A stretch of 63,971 nucleotides of DNA, filler included, from Reclinomonas americana ATCC 50394 (GCA_048213135.1; 9 parts of 9 records of this genome joined end to end with filler, not necessarily neighbours in it); one strand, 5' to 3'. Shown: positions 37,001 through 58,200, counted from the first letter of the whole stretch. Program-made: numbers and translations. Notes: generated by a model not told the origin, from the sequence alone.

Positions 37001-40000
37001 ATGTGTGTAACGTGCACGGTGGACGATTTCTGGCAAGAGTTGCTGGTGAGATTGCACACGTTCTCGTGTTATTGTTCTTTTCCGGCATCAAGATCAAGAC
37101 ACACACACACACGCGCACGCACTGATGTACGATGAGCATAGGCTTTTGAGCGTGTGAACTTCCCTGCCGACGGTTCCCGCTCGTTGACACACGACGCGTT
37201 CACAATCTGGGTGACCGACAGGCGATGCGTTCGCGTCATCAGTGCCACCACCGAGTTTCTGGAGCAATCGGTTCTCAAGCAAAGCGCTCTGCAGCTGCTA
37301 TCCTCTCGTGCGACGCCACCCTGTTGGCAAGTGAGCAGCTGTGCTGGCGTATCTTCGGCAGCCGCTAGCGCAGCAGCGGCGGCGGAGTCTGCCAACAGCA
37401 GTCCTCGAAGTAGCCTCGATGGTGCATACGAGAGCCCGGATCCGGAACGCTCATTGGTGATCGCGGCGCTCGGTATCTGCAACACTCAACAGTTTCGTGT
37501 GACTGACTTGCTCTTGTTACTCGTCAACACTGGGCGCTGAATGGTGGTCGACAACAACAGATCGGCCGTGCTCAATTTCTTGTTTGGAACCAACTTTTCC
37601 GAGTCCACTGATCACACTCTGATGACTGGCACCTTCATGTCCACCGGCACGTGCACGGCGCCAGGACCGCTGAGTGCTCCCCGTGATGTCGTCGTGCTGT
37701 CGGCACCATCTGTGGACGTGGAGTTGCGTGGATTGTGCGCAGGTATCAATGATTGTTCACTTTTTTCTCATGATCAGGTGCGAGCCAGAGAGGCAGTCGT
37801 TGTGGCAACTATGCTCTCGAGTGTGGCGAACATGCTTGTGCTACACGTGAACGAGTGTGCACACCTTCAACCACTCTGCGACATTACTGTGCAAGCCTTC
37901 CAGAAGGTAAGGCGTGCTGTGCTGCAGTCTCTCTCTGTGCACCACAAAAGGATGCTGAGCAATGGAGCGGGTCTCTTGCAGCTTCGCACTCGGGTAGCTC
38001 AGCCGCATCTTGTAGTGATCACGGGCACCGATGTATCTGCGAGCGATGTAGAGCGCGAGTTGGAGAGTGCAGCTCGTTTGCACAAGCTGATTGTCGACGA
38101 CCAGGACAGGCAGCTACTTGGAGGAGAGCATTTATTCCACGCCACGCTGTCCGCAGTTCGTGCTCTGCTTGCCCTAACGACCGAGAGTGTTTTCGCGCTT
38201 GTGCCCCTCACCTGTATGTGCCTCCGCAGCCTCTCGTCTCTGATGACGAAGCGTTGGTGCAATGCACCAGAGAGAGCCTCGTTCAGCTCGCGCTGATGAT
38301 TGGCAACTCGGCCGAGACACGACGCAGCGAGCTGCCCGTCAATGTTCCCGACTGGTCTGTAGATTCCACTCGCTGTTCACGCACTCGCAAGCTGACCACT
38401 GATTGTTGTACACACGCACATGCAGGGCTGCCCACGTCGATCGGCAATGGAAATTCTGGAACCGGGCAAAGCGTCTCCCACCGCCACAGTCGTCGCTGAA
38501 CCGAGAGGATGCTCATCACTTGGCATGCTTGCAGCGACGTGCAAAGGTAAGGAAACCCAATCGATGCGCGCAGGTGCACTTCGCCGATGTTTTGACTGGA
38601 CTGTCACCTGCATGATGTAGCACATCTCCCACCTCAAGCGCACAGTGCTCCTGTACCAGACAACTTGCGAACGAGTGCGTCCCAGTCTCTCATTATTTGT
38701 GAGCGCGTTGAAACTGCTCATGTCTTCTGTCTGCTTCTTGTGCTCTCTGTTGTGTGGCTTCAGTTTCTGGCTGAGCACGAAGCGCCCATGAGGCGAATCG
38801 TGGCCGCTCATCAGCCAGTGTTGGGTTCTCGACATATGCGCTTCATCCACTTTCTTGAGCTGTTCAAGGTTAGTCTCGGAGCCTGTTTCGTTGTGGTGGT
38901 ATGCCACAGACACTCACTGCGCGCGACAGGGCCACGTCCATGAGCACCGACGTCTGGCGGAGCGTCTCGGTGTCTTGCAGCAATTTGATTGCGAATCCAG
39001 TGACCTGGCGGATTGGACGCTGTTAAATCGTCGGCTTCCGTTGGGTCGCTTGCTCTCTGCGACGGCTGTTGAATTCGGGTGCGTTGTGTGACTTCGCGTG
39101 CTGCACTGTGGAGTGCTTCTTGTCACTCAACAATGCGCACCCTTGCAGCGCGAGGCTCGAAGATTGGGAGGTGTCCCATGATGACACAGATTGGGTGGAC
39201 GAGAGCGGACAAGTCAGCTTGCCGATCGTGCATGCCTCGTACCGACTGGCGGAGCGTGGTGCCGATGTTATTGGTACGCTCGATGTGGACCTTCTGAAGA
39301 AACCTCTTTCTCACACGCTATTGTAGAACTGCTGTCAAGCCTCGAGCGAGACGTGGCGGAGTTTGCCGCCGAGAGCGCACGCATTCCCGAGCTCCAAGCC
39401 ACTCGAGGTCTCCCCTCGCTTTGTCGATGGCTGACCGCACTGTGTGCTCACCTCTGTTGCCGCGCGCAGTTGCTCGCAACGCACAATTGCGCATGGCTTC
39501 CATGTGCAACGAGCTCGATGGTGTGCTGTCCTCCACTCCGGAAGATTTGCGCACCTTCCTGGTATGCTCGTCGTCGGCAGACACACTGTCCGATATACTC
39601 GACACGTCCACGGAAGTGCATCTGTGCCAAGACGCAAAGCTGTTGTGGACGCGGTACTGCGAGCATGCAGATTTGCACTTGGAGGACGTTCGCAGACTGC
39701 AGCAACTCTTCGGCATGCAGGTGCATTCGAGAGAGAAATGCATTGTTCAACAGTGCAGAAGCTGACTTGTGCGCGTCGTATCGCAAGGTGGTGCCACGCC
39801 GCAAGTTGCTACGCAGCAGTACGAGTGCGCGACCCACTCCGCTGAAAGTGAGCCACGGACAGCAAACCGAGATGGAGAATGTGTGGCTGGCGTTGTTTTC
39901 CGATGGTAATGACTCCCCGGACATCATGTTCGAGTGCGCGCTGCGGTACTTACCAAAAACATCTGTGCATGCGCAGTGTTTGTTCTGTACTTTGACGATG

Positions 40001-40367
40001 AGAAGAAGCACAAGCGTGTCGAGATTACACGGTCGGCAGTGCTTCGAGTGGAATCGGAGCACTCGGCGCCACCATCGCTGTCCCCCGATCGTTGCAGACT
40101 GCAATCTTGTTGTGTGCAACCAGCCACTGCCTGACCTTTGTTTCTGTTGTGGCAGAGTTCCACGGTTGCAACACGTACTGGTTCCGGGTTGTTGTTCAGG
40201 GCGATCGACGCGATCGCTTCATTTGCTCTCACAAGGAACATGAAGTTGTGTAAAGTCACTTGTAAGTCTGCATCGTCTGCGCATTATATTGCTAACTCCG
40301 TCGTTGCCACCAGCGCGACTCGTGGGTGCGACAACTGCGGAGGTGGCAAGGAAAGAGCGCAAAATAG
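34060..40367 (+). CDS. Large multidomain protein: Macro domain, coiled coil, degenerate GB1/RHD3-like G domain, C-terminal PH domain
   Basis: Macro: CDLLQHAVDVVVNPTN, FVIHAMGP, SIAFPAIGTG. G-like: VIAALGICNTQQSAVLNFLFGTNF. PH: RKLLRS..VWLALFSDVFVL..ERDSWVRQL. A continuous spliced model is possible, but a split into two genes is not excluded. Confidence 0.65.
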
Positions 40368-40410
40368 AGAGTACACAATGTCATTATCATTCATTATAAT
40401 TGCAATTTAC

Positions 40411-43400
40411 CTATTTCCGCGCCAGGGGGAACAGCTGCTGGCTCACCACGCACGGTATTAATTGGCTGGCCTCGTACACCTCTCCTCCGTCACCATCATC
40501 ACCATCATCATCATCATCATCGTCCACATCATCATTGGAATTATCATCGTCCATCACCTGCACCTCATTGTCTTCATCGGTGCCGTCCTTTCCATCCTCT
40601 TCTTCTTCGTCGTCATCGTCGTCGTCATCGTCATCAGCAACAGCATGGTCATAGGCATCATTCGCCACTTTGTGGTCGTTGCCAGTCCCACGTTTACGCG
40701 CGACCGATTTTACCTGTTCCTCCTGCGTATGCAACACCAAACTCGCGGCGGAGTCTGCAGATGCACCTGACGCTCTCTGCGCTTCGCGTTCGGTGCCGGT
40801 GGTCGATCCCACTTGCACCGCGAACGGGAATCCGACTACTGACACCTGTTGAGTGGTGAGCGAGCCGGCTCGGCAATTTGTGGAGCTGCCAAGCAAGTAA
40901 CACGCAACTGGGAGCGGGCCTGGACACACAGTCAGGCGGTACCGACCATCGACAGCAAAGGAACAATGGTGAAACTCGACTGCCAGTGGCGCCTGAGTTT
41001 CATCATCCTGCTCCACGAAAATGTCGATGTTCTCGTTGAAGTAGCACGTTCTCCACGACACTGATGAGCGAATTGTGATCTCACAGTCGGTGCGCGGCGG
41101 AGGCACACGGAAGTGACAGCTGACGAATGTCAGAGACGTTGGCACATCCTGCAACAGCTTGTCAAGTCAGTCCAAGTCTGTTCATCTTTCTCTCCTCCAT
41201 ACATGCAACGCACCGGAAAAGTGAACACGACACAGTTGGTAAAGTGCATCGGTGCAATGGCACCGTGATCAAGCACTGTCAGTTGTTCATCCAGCTGGCA
41301 CTCCAGGACCTCAATCGATGAGGTCGGGCGCAGAGCGTTCAGTACTGCGTACAGCGTACTCGTCTGCACTTCGCAGAACGTGGCCACATCAAGTGGAAAC
41401 GCGCCAAGTGGCACCAATGAACGACAGCTGCCGTTGACGATGAGATCGCTGACGGGATTGGCGATCTTGAAGCGCGACGACGAGTCCTCAAACATCAGCG
41501 AGTCGAGTGGACACGGATCCAGCGTAAAGTCAAACTCCGACTGCACCACCGTAAGCTGCGCAACAATGCACACACAAGCTAGATTAACAACCACTACCTC
41601 TTTCTGCTCTCTTTCATGACATTGAGCACCCACCGTCTCCAACGCCGGGCACGCGATGTGCGTCTCCTGCGCCTCTTTCATGGCAACAAACGTGACGCTC
41701 GTGACAACATCGGCCAGCAGTCGCCGCACACTGTGAGTGCGCAGTTTCACCGTGCGACATTGTGGCGCCCAGCGTCGCAGATCCATCTCTGGCTCCTCGG
41801 CCGGCAGTGCCACTGCGTATGACAGGTGAGACATCTCTCTCACACATACAAAGAAATCGGTGAGCATTCGTCACAACCAAAACTCACATTCGAGCTCGGT
41901 CAATGCCTGAAACACGCAGTGACTGCTGAGCATCCCGACAATGTTGTCCGCGGACTGCTGCACGCAGAGGTCCTGGAGTGCTTGGTTAGTGAGCTGGGGC
42001 ATCGTTGCATACATGAAGCACGCAGAACTTACTTGCAGCGATCTGGCAACCGACGGCAGAACGCCGAGCAGCCATCGCGACCAGTCTTTTGCGTCGGTCG
42101 GCAACGGCGGGTAGCCGGTGACGGCTAATGGCACCCGCAAATGCTTCAGGTCGTCCACCTCAAGGTCAGCTTGCGGAGAGATCTGCTTTCGCTTCTACGG
42201 TCATGACTCTGCATCGTGCACAAGAAATTGCGGGACGCACGACAAACCACTAAAACACGCTGCAGCTGTCGAGTGTGGACACACGAGTTGGCGGCCAGCA
42301 GGAGTGGCGTCACTCGTGGCGTCGATGTGCTGCTGACCATGGACACCGCGGTTCGGCGACACCTCAAAATCAGCAACTCGCTTGCAGCCTGTGCCACGAG
42401 CGCACATCAGATTGGACAGCCACCACCATGACACGCGAGCGGCACGACGCACAATAGCCTCCTCCTTCAGTACCAGCCGACGAAGTGCAGGCGCAATCAG
42501 CATCACCGACTGGGGCACCAGTCTGACATACATGGTGCCGCGTTCAGCGCGCGGCCTGGCACAACACGCAAGTCAGCATGAATGCGACAACACGGTGGCA
42601 AGGCACTCATGGCCACGCAACAAATTCAGATCCACGAGCGTGCACTTGCCGAGAAAGTCAATAGTAAACGACTCGAGGGTTGGACTCTCCAGCGCCAGTG
42701 AGCCGTGTCCACAAGTGAGAGCGAGGCGGCTCAGATGTGCCGCCACACCCGCCAACGAATTCTCGTGGATATGTCGCACTCGCATCTCGAGCTGGAAGCG
42801 TGGGGCGGGCTCCACACACTCCAGTGTTAAACTGCGTGCAATCACCTTCAACGAAGCGAGCTGATGGCGCGCTGTCAGCAACCAACAACGAGAGGGGAAA
42901 ACGCAAGACCGAGTGCAAGGCGCGGCCGCAACTTGTGGACACGCCAGCGACACTGTCACGTGCGATGCGGCACGCGAGAAAACCAACTTGAGCTGCTGTA
43001 GAAGCGGAAATGCGACATCAAACTCGCTAGCTGCACGCATACACACACACATATGTGAGCACAGTTTATACAGATAGAATATTACGCTGAACGCAAAACG
43101 CAAAAGGCGCACTATCAATGTCTTGCAGATTCAAACTCGTCAACCCGTGCAGCGGCTGCACCACCGACAACGGTGTTGTCTTCCATCCCGACAACGCCAC
43201 ACTGGTAAGCATCTTATGGCGTCCCTTTAGGAAACTGGCAAGATGCTCCACTGGTGGCGCTACCGTCTGCGATAAATCACGATGAGAAATCGACGTGACA
43301 GCACGTGCTCGCAAAGCGCTGTGACGCACATCAATCGCATTCAATGACCGCCCACGACGAAGCAGCTGCAGCGGTAACGGAAGCGATCTGCTCAAGTCAG

Positions 43401-44459
43401 TGTCGGTCTCTATGGTTAGTGCTGCAATGCTTCGCGGAATCTGTGAGGCAGAGGTGTGAGCACACACACACGCCTGTCCAGGAGTGACACACACGCCAGA
43501 CCTTCATGGGCCGCGGTAACGGTAATGGTTCTGCGTTGGAGGAGGGGTTCTCGTATGCCACCGACACCTCGATCTCGTACGGCGCAGCACGGAACGCCGA
43601 CAGAAACGGACCGAAGCGCTCCAACGAAACCGCATTGAGCAGTCGCAGCTTCACAGGGCTGATTTCGCGCAGCAGCAGCGGCAACATGGTGTCCGTGTAG
43701 AACTCGGTCTGGGAGAAGGTGTCGGGTGAACACTCCAGGTGCAACTCGGTGATGTTCGGCAGCGTCTGTGCGTCCACGCAGAGCAGCGTGAGTCGGTCCG
43801 TGGGAACGCAGCGACAACAGGGAAAATTCTGCACCTCGTTGATGACGCGCATCACGCGATCGCACGGGCACTGATCGACGCGCGACGGCCACTGCACCGA
43901 CAAGTGCAACGACTTGACAAACTCGCCGATCTTGCGCGTGAGGCGACGCCGATGCAGCCATCCCCATCGAATCGTCGTCACTCCGACCACAAGCGAGCAC
44001 TCCACAGACTGCCTGCAAATGCACATGCCAGTGAGCGCGCATACAGACAGGTGCCACATTCAGTAGCACGCACCAAAACGGCCGCGCAAACACCGCCTGT
44101 CGCACATGCTTGCACACCATGCCAATCGACGAGAAGATCTCCTTGCGTGGCAAGAACTGCAACAGATGCACCAGCACATCCATCGGCAGCGACTCGAAGA
44201 AGCTCTGCTGCGCCTGCTGCTCAATCTGCTTTCGCTGACATTCCGAGAAGGGGGGGTGTCAGCGAGCGATCCAGCGACACCAGCAAAGACGCATCGGAGT
44301 AAACGCAGACCAGCAGGCGAGCTCGCTTCTCGGCCTCCACGCCCATGGCCTCCCGCTGCTGAGCCTCTTCATAGGTCTCTTCGACGTCCACAGGCAGCGT
44401 GTGACGCACAACAGCGTTGGCGAAGGCCGAGGCCGATTCGTGATGCCTCCGATGCAGCA
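40411..44459 (-). CDS. F-box protein with divergent LRR-like repeats and an acidic tail (5' end at the gap)
   Basis: FFESLPMDVLVHLLQFLPRKEIFSSIGMVCKHVRQAVFARPFW, TLPNITELHLEC, LHGLTSLNLQ and a D-rich C-terminus. Confidence 0.72.
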
Positions 44460-44638
44460 NNNNNNNNNNNNNNNNNNNNNNNNNNNNNNNNNNNNNNNNN
44501 NNNTTAATTAATTAANNNNNNNNNNNNNNNNNNNNNNNNNNNNNNNNNNNNNNNNNNNNGGCCGCTGCGAGAAGACGTGCGCTTGCACGGCACGTGGTTT
44601 CCGCATGGAAAACCCCCCTGCTCCCGCACAAATTTCAA

Positions 44639-44947
44639 GCGCGAAATGTGCGTGCACGCAGCGCTGCGAGCGGCGACGACTAAAGCGAATCGGTTCAACC
44701 TTGCGTTAATGTTGTTGCTGCGAGTGCACATGTGCAGTGGCGCACAGAGAGGGAGGGAGGCTGGCATTCATTGCATTTTTGGCGCGAAGTCGAAATTGAG
44801 GCTCAAATTGCACATGCGTAGCTGCGCTGATCGCCGTGCAAGAATACACCCCCAGTCGCGCGAAAACGCATCCATCTGCCAAGTTACTGCTCATCTGGAT
44901 GCAGCGTGTTTTTGGTGCGTCGACGTCTGGTGACAGTTCGCGCCAAA
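44639..44947. promoter_or_regulatory. Cluster of four E2F-consensus (TTTSSCGC) sites
   Basis: GCGCGAAA at 44639 and 44858, TTTGGCGC at 44778, GCGCCAAA at 44940. Confidence 0.45.
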
Positions 44948-45010
44948 ATTGGAGTTTCAACCGTTTCGAATTCACTCTCTCGCTGTGTCATTGTGAGCGC
45001 GCATGGTAAA

Positions 45011-52136
<7,126 letters not shown>

Positions 52137-52209
52137 GTGAAATTGGTAATTTTGGCGCCAAAATTGGAGTTTCAACCGTTTCCGCGTTGTGTGAGTGCGT
52201 GCAAACCCA

Positions 52210-55200
52210 ATGCGTGTGTCTCACTCGCGCACACCCCGACTCGCTGTGGCACGCACACTCTTGTGTGTGACAGCGATCGTCCACTTGCTCATCCTCTCCA
52301 TCGCCGTCCCTGCGAGTTGCGTGTGAGGGGGGCAGTGTGGGCGCTTACGCTTGTATCTTATGCGCCGCTGTGTGTCTCGTTCGACTCTCACTCACGTATA
52401 ACACGCACACTCGACTCCTCTCTCCATGCGCGCCACAGACGCCCAGACAGTGACCACCGCCGTTGCCAGCAACATCACTGGCGCAACCGCCACTCTCAAT
52501 GCATGGGTCAATCCCAACAATGTCGCTGGCGGCACCACCAACTCTTTCGAGTGGTCTCTATACACCGCCGCCATTGGTGTCTCCTCGGCCACTGTCTCCA
52601 CCTTTGCGGGCACGGCGGGCACCTCGGGAACGACGGATGGCGTTGGAGCCAGCGCGTTGTTGAACACGCCAATGGTTTGTGCGCGAAAGGTGACCCTGCT
52701 GTGCACTTTCGCTGACACAATGCGTGTGTGCTCTCTCCACAGGGACTGGCCTTTGATGCGATGGGCAACATGTACGTGGGCGATTACGGGTTTGTCATGC
52801 ACGCACTACACTCACTTTTCCTGTTTGTCGATATTGTTGATTCGTCACTTCTTGCTCTCTCACTGCGCGATGATGATGGCAGCAACTGTCGCATTCGGCG
52901 AATCACGCCTGCAGCAACGGTGACCACGTTTGCGGGAAGCACGTGCGGCCTGCTTGATGGCACAGGAGTGGCTGCTCAGTTCAAAAAGTGCGCTCCTGCT
53001 CCTGCTCTCTCTCTCTCTCTCTCTCTCCCTCCCTCCTCCCTCCCTTTCCGCACTCACACACGCACACAGTGTTGCCGGTCTCGCCATCGACCAAACCACG
53101 GGAACCATGTATGTCGCCGACGTGAGTGTGTGGTGGCGTGCATGAATCACTCTTGATTGCCACACACAGTCTGCTGACTCTGACTCTCTGCGTCTCTCTC
53201 CCACAGTTGACGAACCACGCTGTGCGTGCCGTCACTGCGGGAGCAGCTGTCACCACACTGGCGGGAAACGGAGCGTCGGGGAGTGCCAATGCCTCGGGCG
53301 CAGCCGCCTCCTTCAATCAGCCTGTGGGAGTCGCGGTGGACTCCGCGAACCAAGTGGTGTATGTGGGCGACTGGCTCAACAACACTGTGCGGCGAGTGAC
53401 CTATGCTGGTGCGGTGACGACCTTTTGTGGCGCTGCGGGCATGAGTGGCACTGCCGATGGCGCGTGTGCTGGAGCGGCGCGGTTCGGTGGTCCGAACGGC
53501 GTGCTTCTCGTTGGAACCACGCTGTATGTTGGTGAGTGCTGTGTGAGAGGGAGGCACTGAGATGCCCTTCCTCTCTGCTCATCTGCGCCTTCTGCTTGGT
53601 TTTGGGTGAGTGCAGCCGACCGCGTGAATAACTCCATCCGAACCATCGACACGGTGGCGATGACGGTGACGACGGTGGCTGGTTCAACGAGCGGCACGTC
53701 AGGATCCACGGATGCCACCGGTGAGTTCATCATCATGTGCAACCCCATGTGATCCTTTTCATTCATGCTGAAAGATGACTCCAGGAACGGCCGCCCGCTT
53801 CAACACGCCCGTGGGTATGGCATACGACGCAGGAAACAATGTCATCTATGTTGCCGATGTTGAGTACCTCCGCACACTCTGAGCGTTTCGCTTCTTGACA
53901 TGACTGCCTGAACTCTCACACAGTCTTCCAACAACACTGTGCGGCAACTCCGAGTGTCAGACTCGTCAGTGTCGACGATTGGCGGCGCGGCGGGTGTGAG
54001 TGGTTCAGCCAACGGCAGTGCTCTGACCGTGGCACGCTTCAACTCGCCCGTGCACCTCGCCTTCGATGCATCGACGGCGTCTGTGTTGGTTGCTGATTAC
54101 ACCACGCACATCATCCGTCGCCTCTCGCTGGCGTCGCAATCAGTGTCGGCCACACCCGCCACCGCCACTGGCTCCCTCGCCACCTCCATCACCGCTTCAC
54201 TGACTGGATTGATGAGCAACTGGACGTACTACTATCGCGCCGTCGGTGTCACCTCCACACCCAGCACCGTCAATGGTGCCACGGTGTCATTCACCACCAC
54301 CACCAACGTGGCTCCGACCGACATTAGCTGCTCGTCGACGACATACGTTTCGCCGTCGGTGGCGAATCAAGTCGTGTGCGGGCTGCAGACGACGGACGCG
54401 AATGCTGGCCAGTCGTTCACATACACGATTGTCGGTGGCGCCAACAGCGCAGTGTTTTCGATCAGCGGACAATCGCTGGTGATAGTGGCGGCGGTGCAGG
54501 CTGGCAGCTCGCTGGCGGTGACGATCCGGTCAACAGACAATGGATCGCCGCCGCTATTCTTTGACAAGGCGTTTACCATCACCACAGGTGAGGCGATGTG
54601 ATACTGCAGTCTCTGTTTCTGTCACACTTTCGTTTTTTTGATTCTACTTCTTCTTCCCCCTCCTACTTCTCCTCCTTCTTCGCTTCCTTCCCTCATCTCA
54701 TGTTGAAATGTTCCTCACCCTTGTTTATGCATCACAGCCACCCAATCGCTGGCCACGCTTGCGGCCAGCAGTGTGACGACGTCGTCGGCGACATTGAATG
54801 CGGTGGTGGGCAACTCTGTGGCCGCCTCGACGATGAGCAATTCATTCGAGTGGGCGCCCTCGGCTGCTGCCTTCGGTGTGACGCCAGTAGTGTCGACATG
54901 GGTGGGCACGGCGGGCATGACTGGCTCAACAGATGGCACGGGTAGTGGTGCTCTGTTCAACAAACCGATTGTGAGTTTCTCGCCCCTCCCGTCCTCTCGT
55001 CGATAGCTGCTCTGCTCATTGTCGTGGCGACTGGCAGAGTATTGCGATCAACGCATCGGGTACTGCCTTTGTGTGCGATCAAGTTAACAACACAATTCGG
55101 CAAGTGACGAGTGGAGGCGTTGTGTCGACGTTTCTGGGTAGTGCAGGAGCGGTAGGCTTTGTAAATGGGATCGGCACTGCTGCGCGGTTTAGCTCCCCCA

Positions 55201-58200
55201 CTGGCTCATCGATCGACTTGACCACGGGGTATTTGTACATCACTGATGTTGCGTGGTGTCCTTTCGATACGTGTGTTGTCGAGTGTGATCGTCTGACTGG
55301 CACGCTTTCCAGCAAGGAAATAACGCGATCCGTGTAAGCACTCCTTCTGGCTCTGTATCAACTCTGGCTGGTAATGGGTCCTCTGGCACGGCGAATGGTA
55401 CCGGATCGAGCGCGAGATTCACCACACCGCACGGCATTGTGGTTGACTCGTCCAACAAAGTGATGTATATTGGTGACTGGCAGAACTACGCCATCAGAAA
55501 GGCGCGTATGTTCATTACTGCACTGCCTGTGTCAGTGAACTCACAGCCTGGTTTTCTAACTCCGCAGGTCACATTCGGTGGCGAAGTCACAACGTACTGT
55601 GGCACGATTGGGTCATACTCTTATGCCGACGGTGCATGCACACCAACAGCACGGTTTGGCGGACCATCTGGTGTGGCACTGGATTCAACAACCGATCGGC
55701 TGTACGTCGGTGCGTGTGTGTGTGTGTGTGTGTGCGTGTCTATGTGTGCGTTTCGGTTGATCCATTGACCAAGTGTGCTGACTTCTCTCGAGCAAACTGA
55801 GCAGCTGATCGAGATCGTAACAACATTCGTGTGGTCGACATGCTGGCGATGACGGTGTCGACTCTGGCCGGTTCGCTTACTGGAGCTGCAGGATCGACAG
55901 ATGCTACTGGCACTGCTGCTCTTTTCAGTGGACCGATTGGCATTCAGGTTGATCGAGGCCGAGGTGTTCTCTATGTTTCCGAAGTTGCGTTTCGCGATTA
56001 ATTGGCAGTTTTTCATTTGCATCGCCTTACCCCTCTATATGCATAGAGGACTGGTCACACAATTCGTCAAATTGTCATCAGCACAGGTGCGGTCACAAGA
56101 ATTGCCGGTACAGCTGGAGTCGCGGGCACAGCAGATGGTGATCCACTCCTTTCCGCCAAGTTCAATGGCCCGGTATGCCCTGCCCTGTGTTGTAACTTTT
56201 GCGATGGTGAGATTGCTCTCAACTCACGTGCTTTTTATGGGTGCAGATTTATATGTCGTACCACTCCGCGTCATCCACGCTGTACATCGCAGGTGCGAGG
56301 TCTCCATCAAGTTGTGCGTTGTGCGATCGTTGCTCTTTCGACGTCTCATCAGTCTGCTTGCAGATTACCTGAATCACACCATTCGCCGACTCACCATCGG
56401 CTCCGCCACCATCACGGCCACTCCGGCCGCCTCTGGCATCGCCTCCAGCACCGCTCTCACCGCGTCGCTGACATCACTTTCCGCCAACTGGGCGTACTAC
56501 TTCCGTGCCATCTCCACTTCCACCGTGCCGAGCACTCTCACCGGTTCCACTATGTCCTTCACCACCTCCAACTCGGCACCGACCGACATTGTCTGCTCAA
56601 CTACCACTTATGTCGCACCGTCAACTGCCAGCATGCCTGTATGCACGATGAGCACCAGCGCCGATAACGTGGGACTGTCTTTTACGTATACGGTTAACGG
56701 TGGAGCGAACGGCAGTGCGTTTTCGGTAAGCACCGGCGCACAGCTGCAGATCACAGCGGCGGGACAGTCGGGCAGTCCATTGGCCGTCACGATTCGCTCA
56801 TTCGACAATGGCACGCCGCCGATGTTCTTCGACAAGTCGTTCAGTGTGATGTCGGGTGAGTGATGTCGATTAAGAGTACTTTATCTTTTCGGTGTGGATG
56901 CTGAGTTCCTTTACATGCAGTGAACAATGCACCGACGGCGGTAACGCTGAGTGCTAGCTCGTACATTCCGCCCAGCACGGTGGGTCTGGCGATTGGCACG
57001 ATGAGCACGAGTGACGTGGACTCGCAGCAGTCGTTCACATATTCGGTGGTGGGAGGTGCCAGCAGCGCATTGGTGACGGTTGCATCTGGGAACCAGCTGC
57101 AGTTTGTGACTGCGAATGTTACAACGTCGCTGGTGGTGATTGTGCGCACGACCGACAATGGCAATCCTGCCATGTCATTCGATCAGACGCTCAACATTGC
57201 TGGTTGCGTGTTGTGTGTGAAGTTGTGATGCAACATGATGCTGAATTCCTCGCATGCAGCACCCACTGTTACTTCGCTGTCGGCCACGTTTGTGTGGGCA
57301 CTGGCTGGCCAGTTGATAACACTTACGGGTACTGGATTGCTGAACAACTCGGCTGATGCAGCCGCGTATGTGTTAGCCACTCCTCGATGTGGCGCCACGA
57401 CGCCGCCGACTGCCGTGGCCAGCACCAGCATCAGCAGCGCATTTGGAAGTGCGACCAGCATCACGTTGACGATTGGAGCGGCGGGTGCAGCTGGTGGCAC
57501 GTACGAGCTGTGCACTCGATGGTTGCCTGCCAAGGGATATGTGGCGGTGTCGGCATTCGCGATTGGTGAGGGGAGAGAGAGAGAGAGGGCAGAGAATTCG
57601 AGCTCTCTTTTTGCGTGTCGTCGTCTGAACAGCATGTGCAGGAAATGTGGCGCCGAGTGACATTCTCCTGTCGGGACCGCAAACGTACTCGAGTGCGACG
57701 GTGCCATTCACGGTGGGCACACTGAGCATGGTGGATCTCAACACTGGACAGACGCCGACATTCAGCATTGTGGGCGGTGTGCATGCGGCTCTGTTCAGCA
57801 TCGTGGGCGGCAATCAGCTGACGATCTCGGTGGCCCCGCCTCTGTATCGCCGACTGCAAGTGTTTGTGCAAGTGAGCGACGGGGCGTTGACGTACACCAA
57901 GCAGTTCACGATTGCGTATGGTGCGCGGGTAGGGAAGGAGGAGACGGGAAGGGGGAAGAGGGGAAGGGAAGCAGCAGATCTGTACGGTTACTGTCGCCCT
58001 CTTTTCTCCTGTGAAGCTGCACATCGGTGGGCGTCAGTGGTTGGTGCTGAGAATTGGTGGGTGCTTGTGCAGTTTGGGGCGCAGGTTGCACGACGGTGCA
58101 GAATGGGATGGTTGCTCGTTGCGTAGCTTGTCCATGAGATGTTGACGTGCGAGCCGTCATCAGTTGTCTCACTCTCCATCACATCGAGAGCAGCGGCGTT

